Assembly (NCBI GenBank): GCA_018883245.1
Contig: VEQL01000001.1
Coordinates: forward strand, 94,701-158,700
DNA length: 64,000 nucleotides
DNA from: Chthoniobacterales bacterium
GTDB lineage: Bacteria > Verrucomicrobiota > Verrucomicrobiia > Chthoniobacterales > JACTMZ01
Direction: 5' to 3'
The notes under the pieces were generated by a model that was not told the origin of the DNA, did no database searches, and saw nothing but the letters and a program-made list of their open reading frames with translations. Position numbers and translations under genes: made by a program. Below, piece by piece: positions 45,931 through 53,845 of this stretch; position 1 is the first letter of the stretch; each line of letters opens with the position of its first letter.

Positions 45931-46753
45931 TCACACGGCAACCCGAGGGAAGACGGCCGGCAAACTCCGCGATTTCCTCCGGTGTCATAACGAAGCACGC
46001 CGTGGAAAACGCGTCAGCCAGCGCCGCTCGCGGATGGACCACCCAGACGCTTTGGAAGCGCCCGGCGGCCGAGCCGTCCAGAGGGTTCACGATGTGCGGG
46101 CCTTGCTGCGACGATCCGGAAGCCGCCAGCGCGACTCCGCACAATCCGAGGCGGATCGTCCCGGCGCGGCGCGAAACATCGACCGGCCACGCGGTCCCGC
46201 CCGTGGCTAGCATCGTGCTGGCGCCGGAAGTCAACAGCGCGCTCCCGATGCCGTGGCGGGCAAGGATCTCCGCCATGCATTCCAAGGCGTATCCTTTGCC
46301 GATCGCCCCCAGATCCAGAATCCGCCCGGTCTCGGAACACGTGACAAGCGGTCGCACGGGATCCAGCGAAACAATGCCGCGAGGCACCGGGGCGGATTCG
46401 GCCCCTGCCTTTATCGCATCGACCATGCATCCGGCACAGGGATCGAAGCGCCCGCCAGTCAATTCCATCGCCCCGATGGCCAGGCGCAGGCAGGCATCGC
46501 AATCGTCGCTGACAAACAACGACTCGCCGGTTTTCATCGCATTGATCCGCGCGATGTCGCTGCCGGGGATATAACGGCTGAGCAGACATTCCAAATGCTC
46601 GAGCTTTTGGAAGGCTTCGGAAACGGCCGGATCGACAACATCGGGCGAAGCGCCTGCAACAAAGACCCGGAATGTTGTCTTCATCGCATCCGAGGCATAA
46701 CGGAGAATCGACGGGTCGGCAAAGGCGGGCCGGCTTTCCACGCAGTTGATCAT
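45884..46753 (-). CDS. apbE: FAD:protein FMN transferase (ApbE family)
   Basis: LDLGAIGKGYALE and ADAFSTACFVM motifs. Start taken at MINCVE (ATGA overlap with the upstream stop); MKTTFRV is an alternative. The 3' end overlaps the MFS gene convergently. Confidence 0.7.
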   Translation of the reverse strand: MINCVESRPAFADPSILRYASDAMKTTFRVFVAGASPDVVDPAVSEAFQKLEHLECLLSRYIPGSDIARINAMKTGESLFVSDDCDACLRLAIGAMELTGGRFDPCAGCMVDAIKAGAESAPVPRGIVSLDPVRPLVTCSETGRILDLGAIGKGYALECMAEILARHGIGSALLTSGASTMLATGGTAWPVDVSRRAGTIRLGLCGVALAASGSSQQGPHIVNPLDGSAAGRFQSVWVVHPRAALADAFSTACFVMTPEEIAEFAGRLPSGCRVISDPDWETRVRLPQE

Positions 46754-48288
46754 CGGCCCGCCACCTCCTCTTCGCGCACGTCGTTGCGGATAAAAACCGT
46801 CACAGGCACCTCGTGACGCAGTCCGTAATAGAACATCTCGTGCGTCGCCGAAAGATCCACTCCCTCCCGCGCGGCTGAATCCGGCATGGCGATCACCACC
46901 GCGAAGCTTTCGAGATTCCAAGGCGGTTCTTCGAAATATCCCGTTTCCACAAGACCGCGCAAATACCAAGGGAGAGGCCAATATCCGCTGCCGAGAATGG
47001 CGATCCGCCCGCTGCGGAAGGACGGCGAGCGATTCTTCAACGCTTGGAGCCGGTCGCGAAGCCCGACGATATCCGGCGCGGTCGGGGAATAAACCAGAGG
47101 GTTCCTCACATCGTTAGGAAAACGAAACACCGCAGCTGTCGTTTGCTGCAACTGGAACAACACGACAAGACTCACCAGCACAATACCGGCAACCCTAAGC
47201 GGCCCCCTCGCCGCCGAGATCCAACCCGCAGCACCCGCGCCCGCAAGCAGGCAAACCTGCATCCATGGAACCATCATCAGCCACGGGGTTTTGTAGGCGA
47301 TCGCCGAATACACCGCCAACTGCACCGCCGTGGATACCGCAAGCAGGCGCAGGAACGTTTCCGCCTTGCGCCAGCCTGTCCACACACCCGCAATCGCAAG
47401 CACGGCCATTCCTGCCTCGCTCCACCACTGCGGCGGCCGGTGTTTGAGGGCGATCAACAAATCCCAGTAATAAAACGCCGACCTGGCATGCGCCGGATCC
47501 GTCGCGTAGTTCACGAATGTGGAGAAAAAGTGCAGCGGATTCCCATAGGCAGCGAACAACGTCATCACGAACGCGCCCGACGAGCAAAGCGCGGCAACAG
47601 CAAGACCGTGTCCGCGATGATGCCTCCACACCGCGAGAAGCCCGATAAACCATGAAAAAGCGGTGATGGCGAAAGTCTCCTTCGTCGCGGCCATCAGCCC
47701 GAGCGCAAAACCTCCGCAGACAGCCGCGAACGGGTTTCGCGAGTGCAACCACCAACCCAGACACACCAAGGTCGCCGCCGCGAAACATGTCAGCAACGGT
47801 TCGTGGATGAAAACACGCGAATACGCGCAAAGCAGCGGCGAAACGGCCAGGAACAGACCCCCCAGAAGCGCACCCATTTCTCCCAGCGACCGGCGCAGGA
47901 GAAAAGGCAGCACCACGACCAACGAGCCGCAGAGCGCCGCAACCGTGCGCAAAGTGAAGACATCGAGTTGCGCGAAGGATGTTTGGCCGGCCAAGGCGGC
48001 ACTCCCGGCGGCGATCCACGAAAGGGTTGGGCCATGGAAGTGCGAGGGACGGAAGTCATAGCCGCGCCCCTCGAGACGCCCGGCTGTGATTTTGGCGCCG
48101 ACAGCCTCGTCGGCATGCAGGGGCGGATCCGACAACGCGAAAAACCGCAGACCGATGCCGAGCAGAAGCACGGGAATCCAAAACCAGCGGCAACCCTGCC
48201 AATTCACCCGGACAGCCTCCGGTGCCGGGCCTCGATGGTCAAGGTGTCCGGCGTTTGCGTTGGCTGCTTCATCACGGGACGCGCGCAA
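46750..48288 (-). CDS. GT-C-fold membrane glycosyltransferase-like protein (ArnT/PMT_2/TIGR03663-like)
   Basis: About 12 TM segments. First-loop acidic motif SDPPLHADEAVGA. C-terminal soluble domain. The start is uncertain (TTG 48288 or GTG 48207). Confidence 0.65.
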   Translation of the reverse strand: MRASRDEAANANAGHLDHRGPAPEAVRVNWQGCRWFWIPVLLLGIGLRFFALSDPPLHADEAVGAKITAGRLEGRGYDFRPSHFHGPTLSWIAAGSAALAGQTSFAQLDVFTLRTVAALCGSLVVVLPFLLRRSLGEMGALLGGLFLAVSPLLCAYSRVFIHEPLLTCFAAATLVCLGWWLHSRNPFAAVCGGFALGLMAATKETFAITAFSWFIGLLAVWRHHRGHGLAVAALCSSGAFVMTLFAAYGNPLHFFSTFVNYATDPAHARSAFYYWDLLIALKHRPPQWWSEAGMAVLAIAGVWTGWRKAETFLRLLAVSTAVQLAVYSAIAYKTPWLMMVPWMQVCLLAGAGAAGWISAARGPLRVAGIVLVSLVVLFQLQQTTAAVFRFPNDVRNPLVYSPTAPDIVGLRDRLQALKNRSPSFRSGRIAILGSGYWPLPWYLRGLVETGYFEEPPWNLESFAVVIAMPDSAAREGVDLSATHEMFYYGLRHEVPVTVFIRNDVREEEVAGR

Positions 48289-48363
48289 AGGGTCGGATCA
48301 GCCGGGCGCCACGGCTTTTTGCCGTTTACGGTGAGTTCATCAACCGGTAGTTTTTCGAGTCGC

Positions 48364-49038
48364 GTGTCCGACCGAACTGTCATACGGGCCTATTGCCCAT
48401 CCGACCGCGACGCCGTGCGCCATCTGTGCTGCGAAACAGGCTATCTCGGCAAGGCGATCGACCCGGTCTTCGAGGATCGCGAACTTTTCGCCGACTACCT
48501 CACGAGCTTCTACACCGACTGGGAGCCGGAATCGGTTTTCGTGCTCGAGCAGGGCGGCGAAGTGAAGGGATACCTCATGGGTTCGCGCCGCCCGTTCCTG
48601 CACCAGTTGCACAGCTTCTTGCTCAACATCTCGCTTTTTGCCCGCGGCATTTTCCGCTACCCGCGCTACAGCAAAGAATCGAAGGCTTTCGTGCGCTGGA
48701 TCCTGCTCAATGCCTGGCGCGAAGTTCCCGCCGCGCCGCGCCGTCTGCCCCATTTTCATTTCAACATGCTGCCCGAGGCGCAGGGCTTCGGCACCACACG
48801 CGAGTTGCTCGTCCAATTTTTCAACCACCTCCGGTCCCACGGGGAAACCCACGTTTTCGGCCAAGTCGTCACCTTCGAGGAACGCCGAGGCGCCAAAGTC
48901 TTCGAACGCTTCGGCTTCCGTGTGCTGGAGAAAAAGGAGATCACCAAATACCGCGCCCACCGCACCGAGCCGGTCTATCTCTGCACCGTGCTCAAAGATC
49001 TCAACGACGGGAAACTGACGGAATACGCGGCGCAGTAG
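48364..49038 (+). CDS. GNAT-family N-acetyltransferase
   Basis: GTG start (48364, or 48331) inside ORF 47743..49038. IRAYCPSDRDAVRHLC...VFVLEQGGEVKGYL...MLPEAQGFGTTRELL...VFERFGFRV is a GNAT motif A-like region. Confidence 0.6.
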   Translation: MSDRTVIRAYCPSDRDAVRHLCCETGYLGKAIDPVFEDRELFADYLTSFYTDWEPESVFVLEQGGEVKGYLMGSRRPFLHQLHSFLLNISLFARGIFRYPRYSKESKAFVRWILLNAWREVPAAPRRLPHFHFNMLPEAQGFGTTRELLVQFFNHLRSHGETHVFGQVVTFEERRGAKVFERFGFRVLEKKEITKYRAHRTEPVYLCTVLKDLNDGKLTEYAAQ

Positions 49039-49072
49039 GAGGCACATCGGCCTTGCGCCCGCGGTCTGTCCT

Positions 49073-50233
49073 GTGATTCTTTCCCGCCAAGTGAACTACG
49101 ATTTCGCCACACGCCCCGACCGCAGGGGCACCGGCTCTCTCAAATGGGAGCGCTACGCCGGCCGCGACGTCCTGCCCATGTGGGTGGCGGACATGGATTT
49201 TCTGTCGCCGCCGGAAGTGATCGAGGCTCTCGCGCAGCGCGCGGCGCACGGCGTCTTCGGATACACCGTGCCGCCGGCATCCACGGTCGAGGCCGCGATC
49301 GATTATCTGCGAACACGTCACGGTGCCGAGGTCGCCGCGGAGCAAATCGTGTGGTTCCCGGGTCTCGTCCCGGCGCTCAATATCGCCTGCCGCGCTTTCG
49401 TGCGACCCGGGGAAAAAGTCCTGATCTGCACGCCCGTTTATCCCCCGTTCCTCAGTGCACCCGATTATGCCGGCGTGGGCCTCCGCAAGTGCGATCTCCG
49501 CGAAAATGGCGGCACTTGGGAAATCGACTTCGATGCGCTCGAAGCCGCCGTCACTCCGGAGACCAGGCTCTTCCTTCTCTGCAATCCGCACAACCCCGTC
49601 GGGCGCGTCTTCCCCGAAGCGGCCGTCGCGCAAGTGGCGGAATTTTGCCGGCGGCACGATCTCGTTATGGTTTCCGACGAAATCCATTGCGACCTCGTCC
49701 TCGACGACTTGCCGCACACCAGCGGTCTTAAATTCGCCGGCCCGGACGCACCGCGCACCTTGGCCATGTTCGCCCCGAGCAAAACATTCAACCTCGCGGG
49801 TCTGGCCTGCGCCTTCATCGTCATTCCCCATGCGGAAACGCGACGCGCGTTCCAGCGGGCCGCGCGCGGAATCATCACGGAAGTCAATGCTTTCGGGTAT
49901 GCGGGTTGCGAGGCTGCCCTGCGTCACGGCTGGCCGTGGCGCGAGCAACTGCTCGGTGTTCTGCGCTCGAACCGCGACCGCGTGGAGGAATTCTGCGCGA
50001 CAATCCCGGGCTTGCGCACATGGCACGTCGAGGCGACCTACCTCGCGTGGATCGACGCGCGCGGAACGGGCATCGAAAAACCTGCCGCGTTTTTCGAAGA
50101 TCACGGAATCGGTCTTTCCGACGGTGCCCCGTTCGGAGCGCCGGCCGGTTTCCTGCGCCTGAACTTCGGCTGTCCGCGCACACAGCTCGACGAAGCTCTG
50201 CGGCGCATGGCGCAAGCTGTCGCGAGCCGATGA
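49073..50233 (+). CDS. PatB/MalY-type C-S lyase (class I/II aminotransferase fold, cystathionine beta-lyase-like)
   Basis: GSLKWERYAGRDVLPMWVADMDFLSPPEVIEAL..HGVFGY closely parallels B. subtilis PatB. CNPHNPVGRVF, SDEIHCDL, APSKTFNLAG (PLP Lys). Confidence 0.85.
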   Translation: MILSRQVNYDFATRPDRRGTGSLKWERYAGRDVLPMWVADMDFLSPPEVIEALAQRAAHGVFGYTVPPASTVEAAIDYLRTRHGAEVAAEQIVWFPGLVPALNIACRAFVRPGEKVLICTPVYPPFLSAPDYAGVGLRKCDLRENGGTWEIDFDALEAAVTPETRLFLLCNPHNPVGRVFPEAAVAQVAEFCRRHDLVMVSDEIHCDLVLDDLPHTSGLKFAGPDAPRTLAMFAPSKTFNLAGLACAFIVIPHAETRRAFQRAARGIITEVNAFGYAGCEAALRHGWPWREQLLGVLRSNRDRVEEFCATIPGLRTWHVEATYLAWIDARGTGIEKPAAFFEDHGIGLSDGAPFGAPAGFLRLNFGCPRTQLDEALRRMAQAVASR

Positions 50234-51666
50234 GCCATCCTTTGCATGCGCGTCCGCTTTGCCGGGCGGAGGATCTCGGCGCGTCCATCCCCGATTCGCC
50301 GCACGCCGTCTCGGTGTGCCTTCCTGCGTGGGCGGACGTGATCGGCTACGAGGAGAAGGACCCTCGTGTCATAAGCCGCATGCGCACCGGGTATCCGCGG
50401 TTTTTCATCCATCCTCTCGTCAACGAGGTCCGCTGCGCTCTCGCGCCCGGAGCGGGCGAGGACGTTTTGCCATTCCACGACCGGGAAGCCGCTGCCGAAT
50501 GCGCCTCGCTCACGGGCGGGAGGGCGGCGGAAACCGACGGACTCTGGGCGGCCTTTTTCGCGAATGGTGCATCGGCAACGGCGCTAGCTTATTGGCAGCA
50601 TGCCGGACGGATCATGTCCTCGCGCGCCGCGGAGGACTGGCTGGCGACGCGCAAGCTCGCATCGCCCGACCCGGCACTCGAGGAGGTGATGCTATCGCGC
50701 CTCGCCGGGTGGAGCGGGGCACCTCCACGCTGCATCAGCTTTCACCCGAGCGGCATGGCAGCGATCTTCGCGGCCTTCCGTCTCGCGACCGCGCGCCGCC
50801 CGGGGAAACGCACCGTGATGTTCGGCTTTCCCTACACCGATACGTTGAAGATTTTGGAAAAATTCGGCGCCGGAACTCTCTTCCTGCCGCGGGGCGACAA
50901 GGAGGACCTCGCGCACTTGCGTAGCGCGTTGGAGAATGAGGAGATCGCGGGAATTTTCTGCGAATTTCCGGGCAACCCGCTGCTCAACACGCCCGACCTT
51001 CCGGCGATCCGCGACATCGCGGCGGCGCACGGGGTGCCCGTCGTTGTGGACGACACCATCGGCACGTTCTTCAACGTGGACGTCCTGCCTTATGCCGACA
51101 TCGTCGCCACCAGCCTGACCAAGGCCGTCTCCGGCGAGGGCGATGTGATGGCCGGCGCGCTGACGGTCAATCCGCGCGGAATTTTCGGGGAACGGCCGCC
51201 CGACACGCAATCGGGCGGCATCTACATGCGCGACTTGCAGGCGCTGGAAAAAAATTCACGCGATTTTGAAGAACGCATGAAAACGGCCAACGCGAACGCC
51301 TTGGAACTCGCACGTTTCCTTCGCCCGCATCCCGCGGTGGAACGAGTCTGGTATCCGGGCTTGGATCCTTCGCCCGTTTACGCGCAGCTCGCCAAACCCG
51401 GAGGCGGCTTCGGCGCGGTCGTTTCGTTCCTGCCGCGCGATGCCGCCGCAAATTCACCGCGAATCTACGAACAGCTCGCGGTCAGTCGCGGCATCAGCCT
51501 CGGCGCCTCCTACACGCTCGTCTGCCCCTATGTGCAACTCGCGCACTACCACGAACTCGATTGGGCGGCCCGCTGCGGCATCGATCCGAATCTGCTCCGC
51601 GTGGCTGTCGGCACGGAGTCGTGGGACGATCTGCGCAAGCGTTTCGCCGACGCTCTCGGGAAATGA
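50230..51666 (+). CDS. Cys/Met-metabolism PLP enzyme, cystathionine gamma-synthase-like with extended N-terminal region
   Basis: Starts at the internal Met MSHPLHARP (ATGA overlap at 50230-50233). FHPSGMAAI, VVVDDTIGTF, ATSLTKAVSGEGDVMAG (PLP Lys), LRVAVGTES. Confidence 0.75.
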   Translation: MSHPLHARPLCRAEDLGASIPDSPHAVSVCLPAWADVIGYEEKDPRVISRMRTGYPRFFIHPLVNEVRCALAPGAGEDVLPFHDREAAAECASLTGGRAAETDGLWAAFFANGASATALAYWQHAGRIMSSRAAEDWLATRKLASPDPALEEVMLSRLAGWSGAPPRCISFHPSGMAAIFAAFRLATARRPGKRTVMFGFPYTDTLKILEKFGAGTLFLPRGDKEDLAHLRSALENEEIAGIFCEFPGNPLLNTPDLPAIRDIAAAHGVPVVVDDTIGTFFNVDVLPYADIVATSLTKAVSGEGDVMAGALTVNPRGIFGERPPDTQSGGIYMRDLQALEKNSRDFEERMKTANANALELARFLRPHPAVERVWYPGLDPSPVYAQLAKPGGGFGAVVSFLPRDAAANSPRIYEQLAVSRGISLGASYTLVCPYVQLAHYHELDWAARCGIDPNLLRVAVGTESWDDLRKRFADALGK

Positions 51667-51670
51667 AAAA

Positions 51671-51696
51671 GGCGGGGATTGCTCCCCGCCTTTGGT
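51671..51696. terminator. Bidirectional intrinsic terminator between convergent genes
   Basis: aaaaa GGCGGGGA ttgc TCCCCGCC tttggtg. An 8-bp GC stem (51671-51678 / 51683-51690) flanked by an A-run and a T-run, lying between the stop at 51666 (+) and the stop at 51717 (-). Confidence 0.65.
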
Positions 51697-51716
51697 GATT
51701 CGTTTTCGTCCGGCGC

Positions 51717-52202
51717 CTATTTTTTGAGCGCGAACAAACCGGGTCCGACTTTCTTCACGCCCGGCAGCGTATAGATGCGCGCGGCGAGATTCTTTTTCGG
51801 ATCGGAAACGTTCCAAACGTATTTGTTGTTCTTGAGGCCCTGCAGGACGGCATCGACATTCATCGGGCCGCCGGCACGTTTCATGACTTTGATCACCGCC
51901 GGGGCCAGAGGACCGCTCGGCGAGGAGGGACGCTTCTTGCCTTTGAACGGCGAGGTGCGTTTCTTGCCGCGTCCGCTCTCGGCAGCTTTTTTGGCCGGAC
52001 GGCCCGCCTTGCGGCCGGCGGCTTTTTTGCGCCCGGGTTTGCGTCCGCGACGCGCAGGCAACGACAGGCCCGTGACCTCGCCGACAAGACCGGAGAGGGC
52101 GGCATTTTTGCCGAGGACGCGGGATAATTCGCGCTGCAGTCCTTCGATCCGTTCCTGGAGATCGAGCGCGCGACGTAGTGTGGATGTGTTGATGGTCAAC
52201 AT
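51717..52202 (-). CDS. Basic DNA-binding-like protein: coiled coil + AT-hook-like Lys/Arg/Gly/Pro region + C-terminal HARE-HTH-like winged helix
   Basis: Starts at the internal Met MLTINTSTLRRALDLQERIEGLQRELS. Then RRGRKPGRKKAAGRKAGRPAKKAAESGRGKKR, then VIKVMKRAGGPMNVDAVLQGLKNNKYVW...IYTLPGVKKVGPGLFALKK. Confidence 0.55.
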   Translation of the reverse strand: MLTINTSTLRRALDLQERIEGLQRELSRVLGKNAALSGLVGEVTGLSLPARRGRKPGRKKAAGRKAGRPAKKAAESGRGKKRTSPFKGKKRPSSPSGPLAPAVIKVMKRAGGPMNVDAVLQGLKNNKYVWNVSDPKKNLAARIYTLPGVKKVGPGLFALKK

Positions 52203-52267
52203 GGTGGATCCCAGTTCTATATCTTCCCTCGCGGCAGGCAATATAATTCACAACGTAGAATTCCTAT

Positions 52268-53206
52268 ATGCCTTCTGGACACGGGCAGATGGGAAGTTCA
52301 TGCTTCGCGGGGATGGACGTGCAATCGAACGAGTGGGCGCAAAAACTGCTGGATTCTTATCGCGATCACAAGGGCATCAACATCGCCGAGGATCCCGGTC
52401 TTCCCTCCAAGCCGGAAATCGCCTCGCTCTGCACGGGACTGATGCAGGTGCTTTTCCCCGGCTACCACGATGGCGGGGCCATCGGCAGACTGGATTTGTT
52501 GGAAGTCACTCGCGAGCGCGTCGCGGGATTGGCCGAGGACTTCCGGCGGGCCTTCCAGGCGGTGGCGGCCGGCAGCGGTGATCCCGGGGCCACGGTCGCG
52601 AAATTGTTCGATGAATTGCCTGCAATCCGCGCCGTGTTGGGGACGGACGTCGAGGCCGCCTACGAGGGAGACCCCGCGGCGCGCACGAACGACGAGATCA
52701 TCCTCTCCTATCCTTTCATCGAGGCCATCGCCATCCAACGCGTCGCCCATTTTCTATACCGCCACGAAATCCCGCTGGTGCCGCGAATGATGACCGAGTG
52801 GGCCCATGGCCAAACTGGCATCGACATCCATCCCGGCGCGGTCATCGGCAGCCACTTCTTCATCGACCACGGCACGGGCGTGGTGATCGGTGAAACCTGC
52901 CGCATCGGCGCGCGGGTGAAGCTTTATCACGGCGTCACCCTCGGCGCGCGCAGCATCGCCAAGGACGAAGACGGCCACATCATCAAGGGCGGCAAACGCC
53001 ACCCCGATGTCGAAGACGGCGTCACCATCTACCCGAACGCCACGGTCCTCGGCGGCGAAACGGTGATCGGGCGCAACAGCACCATCGGCGGGAACGTTTT
53101 CCTCATGCACAGCGTGCCTCCCAACTCGCTCGTTTACAACGTGGAGGCCCAAGTCCGCGTGGTAGCTAAAACGTCCAAGTCCGACGTTCCGGATTTTTCC
53201 ATCTAG
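52268..53206 (+). CDS. cysE: Serine O-acetyltransferase (long form)
   Basis: AAYEGDPAA...EIILSYPFIEAIAIQRVAHFLY...GIDIHPGAVIGSHFFIDHGTGVVIGETCRIG is SATase N-domain plus hexapeptide. The start may instead be MDVQSNEW (52313). Confidence 0.85.
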   Translation: MPSGHGQMGSSCFAGMDVQSNEWAQKLLDSYRDHKGINIAEDPGLPSKPEIASLCTGLMQVLFPGYHDGGAIGRLDLLEVTRERVAGLAEDFRRAFQAVAAGSGDPGATVAKLFDELPAIRAVLGTDVEAAYEGDPAARTNDEIILSYPFIEAIAIQRVAHFLYRHEIPLVPRMMTEWAHGQTGIDIHPGAVIGSHFFIDHGTGVVIGETCRIGARVKLYHGVTLGARSIAKDEDGHIIKGGKRHPDVEDGVTIYPNATVLGGETVIGRNSTIGGNVFLMHSVPPNSLVYNVEAQVRVVAKTSKSDVPDFSI

Positions 53207-53212
53207 GCCGCG

Positions 53213-53800
53213 ATGCACGCGCTTCCAAGCGAACCCTGCACGACCCATCCGGCGGAAATCCTTCGCCGCCTCGAGCAGGACGCACGGGAATGGGCGCGGC
53301 GGTTGGAACTGCCGGTTCTCGGAGCGAGGGTGACGCTTCATTGGCACGCGCGGCTCCGCACCACGGCCGGATTGGCCCGCATCGACTCCTGGCTGATTCT
53401 CCTCAACCCGCGCCTTCTCGCCTTTCCGGGCGAGCTGACGCGCACCTTTCTGCATGAACTCGCCCATCTGGTCGCCCATGCCCGCCATCCGCGGCGGATG
53501 CTCCACCCGCACGGCCGGGAATGGCGCGAGGCCTGCCGCGATCTCGGTCTCGCGGAAGAAAAACGCTGCCATACTCTGCCGCTCGCGGTTCCGCGCCGCG
53601 TGGAGCGCAGATACGTTTACCACTGCCCGAATTGCCGAAGGGAAGTCGCACGCGTGCGGCCGTTCCGTCGCGCCGAGGCCTGCCTTTCCTGCTGCCGGCA
53701 ACACGGGCGCGGCGGCTATGACCGCCGGTTCCGGTTTGTTCCCGGACGCGCCGCAACCCTCGCGGAACCGCTCGTCCAGACGCAGCTTTTTCGGTTGTGA
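53213..53800 (+). CDS. SprT-like zinc metalloprotease domain protein
   Basis: TAGLARIDSWLILLNPRLL...FLHELAHLVAH (HExxH), plus a Cys4 zinc ribbon YHCPNCRREV...CLSCC. Confidence 0.75.
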   Translation: MHALPSEPCTTHPAEILRRLEQDAREWARRLELPVLGARVTLHWHARLRTTAGLARIDSWLILLNPRLLAFPGELTRTFLHELAHLVAHARHPRRMLHPHGREWREACRDLGLAEEKRCHTLPLAVPRRVERRYVYHCPNCRREVARVRPFRRAEACLSCCRQHGRGGYDRRFRFVPGRAATLAEPLVQTQLFRL

Positions 53801-53845
53801 CTGCGCGGGCCCTTCCGTAAAACTCGCCGACCTTCCCTTTTCCTG

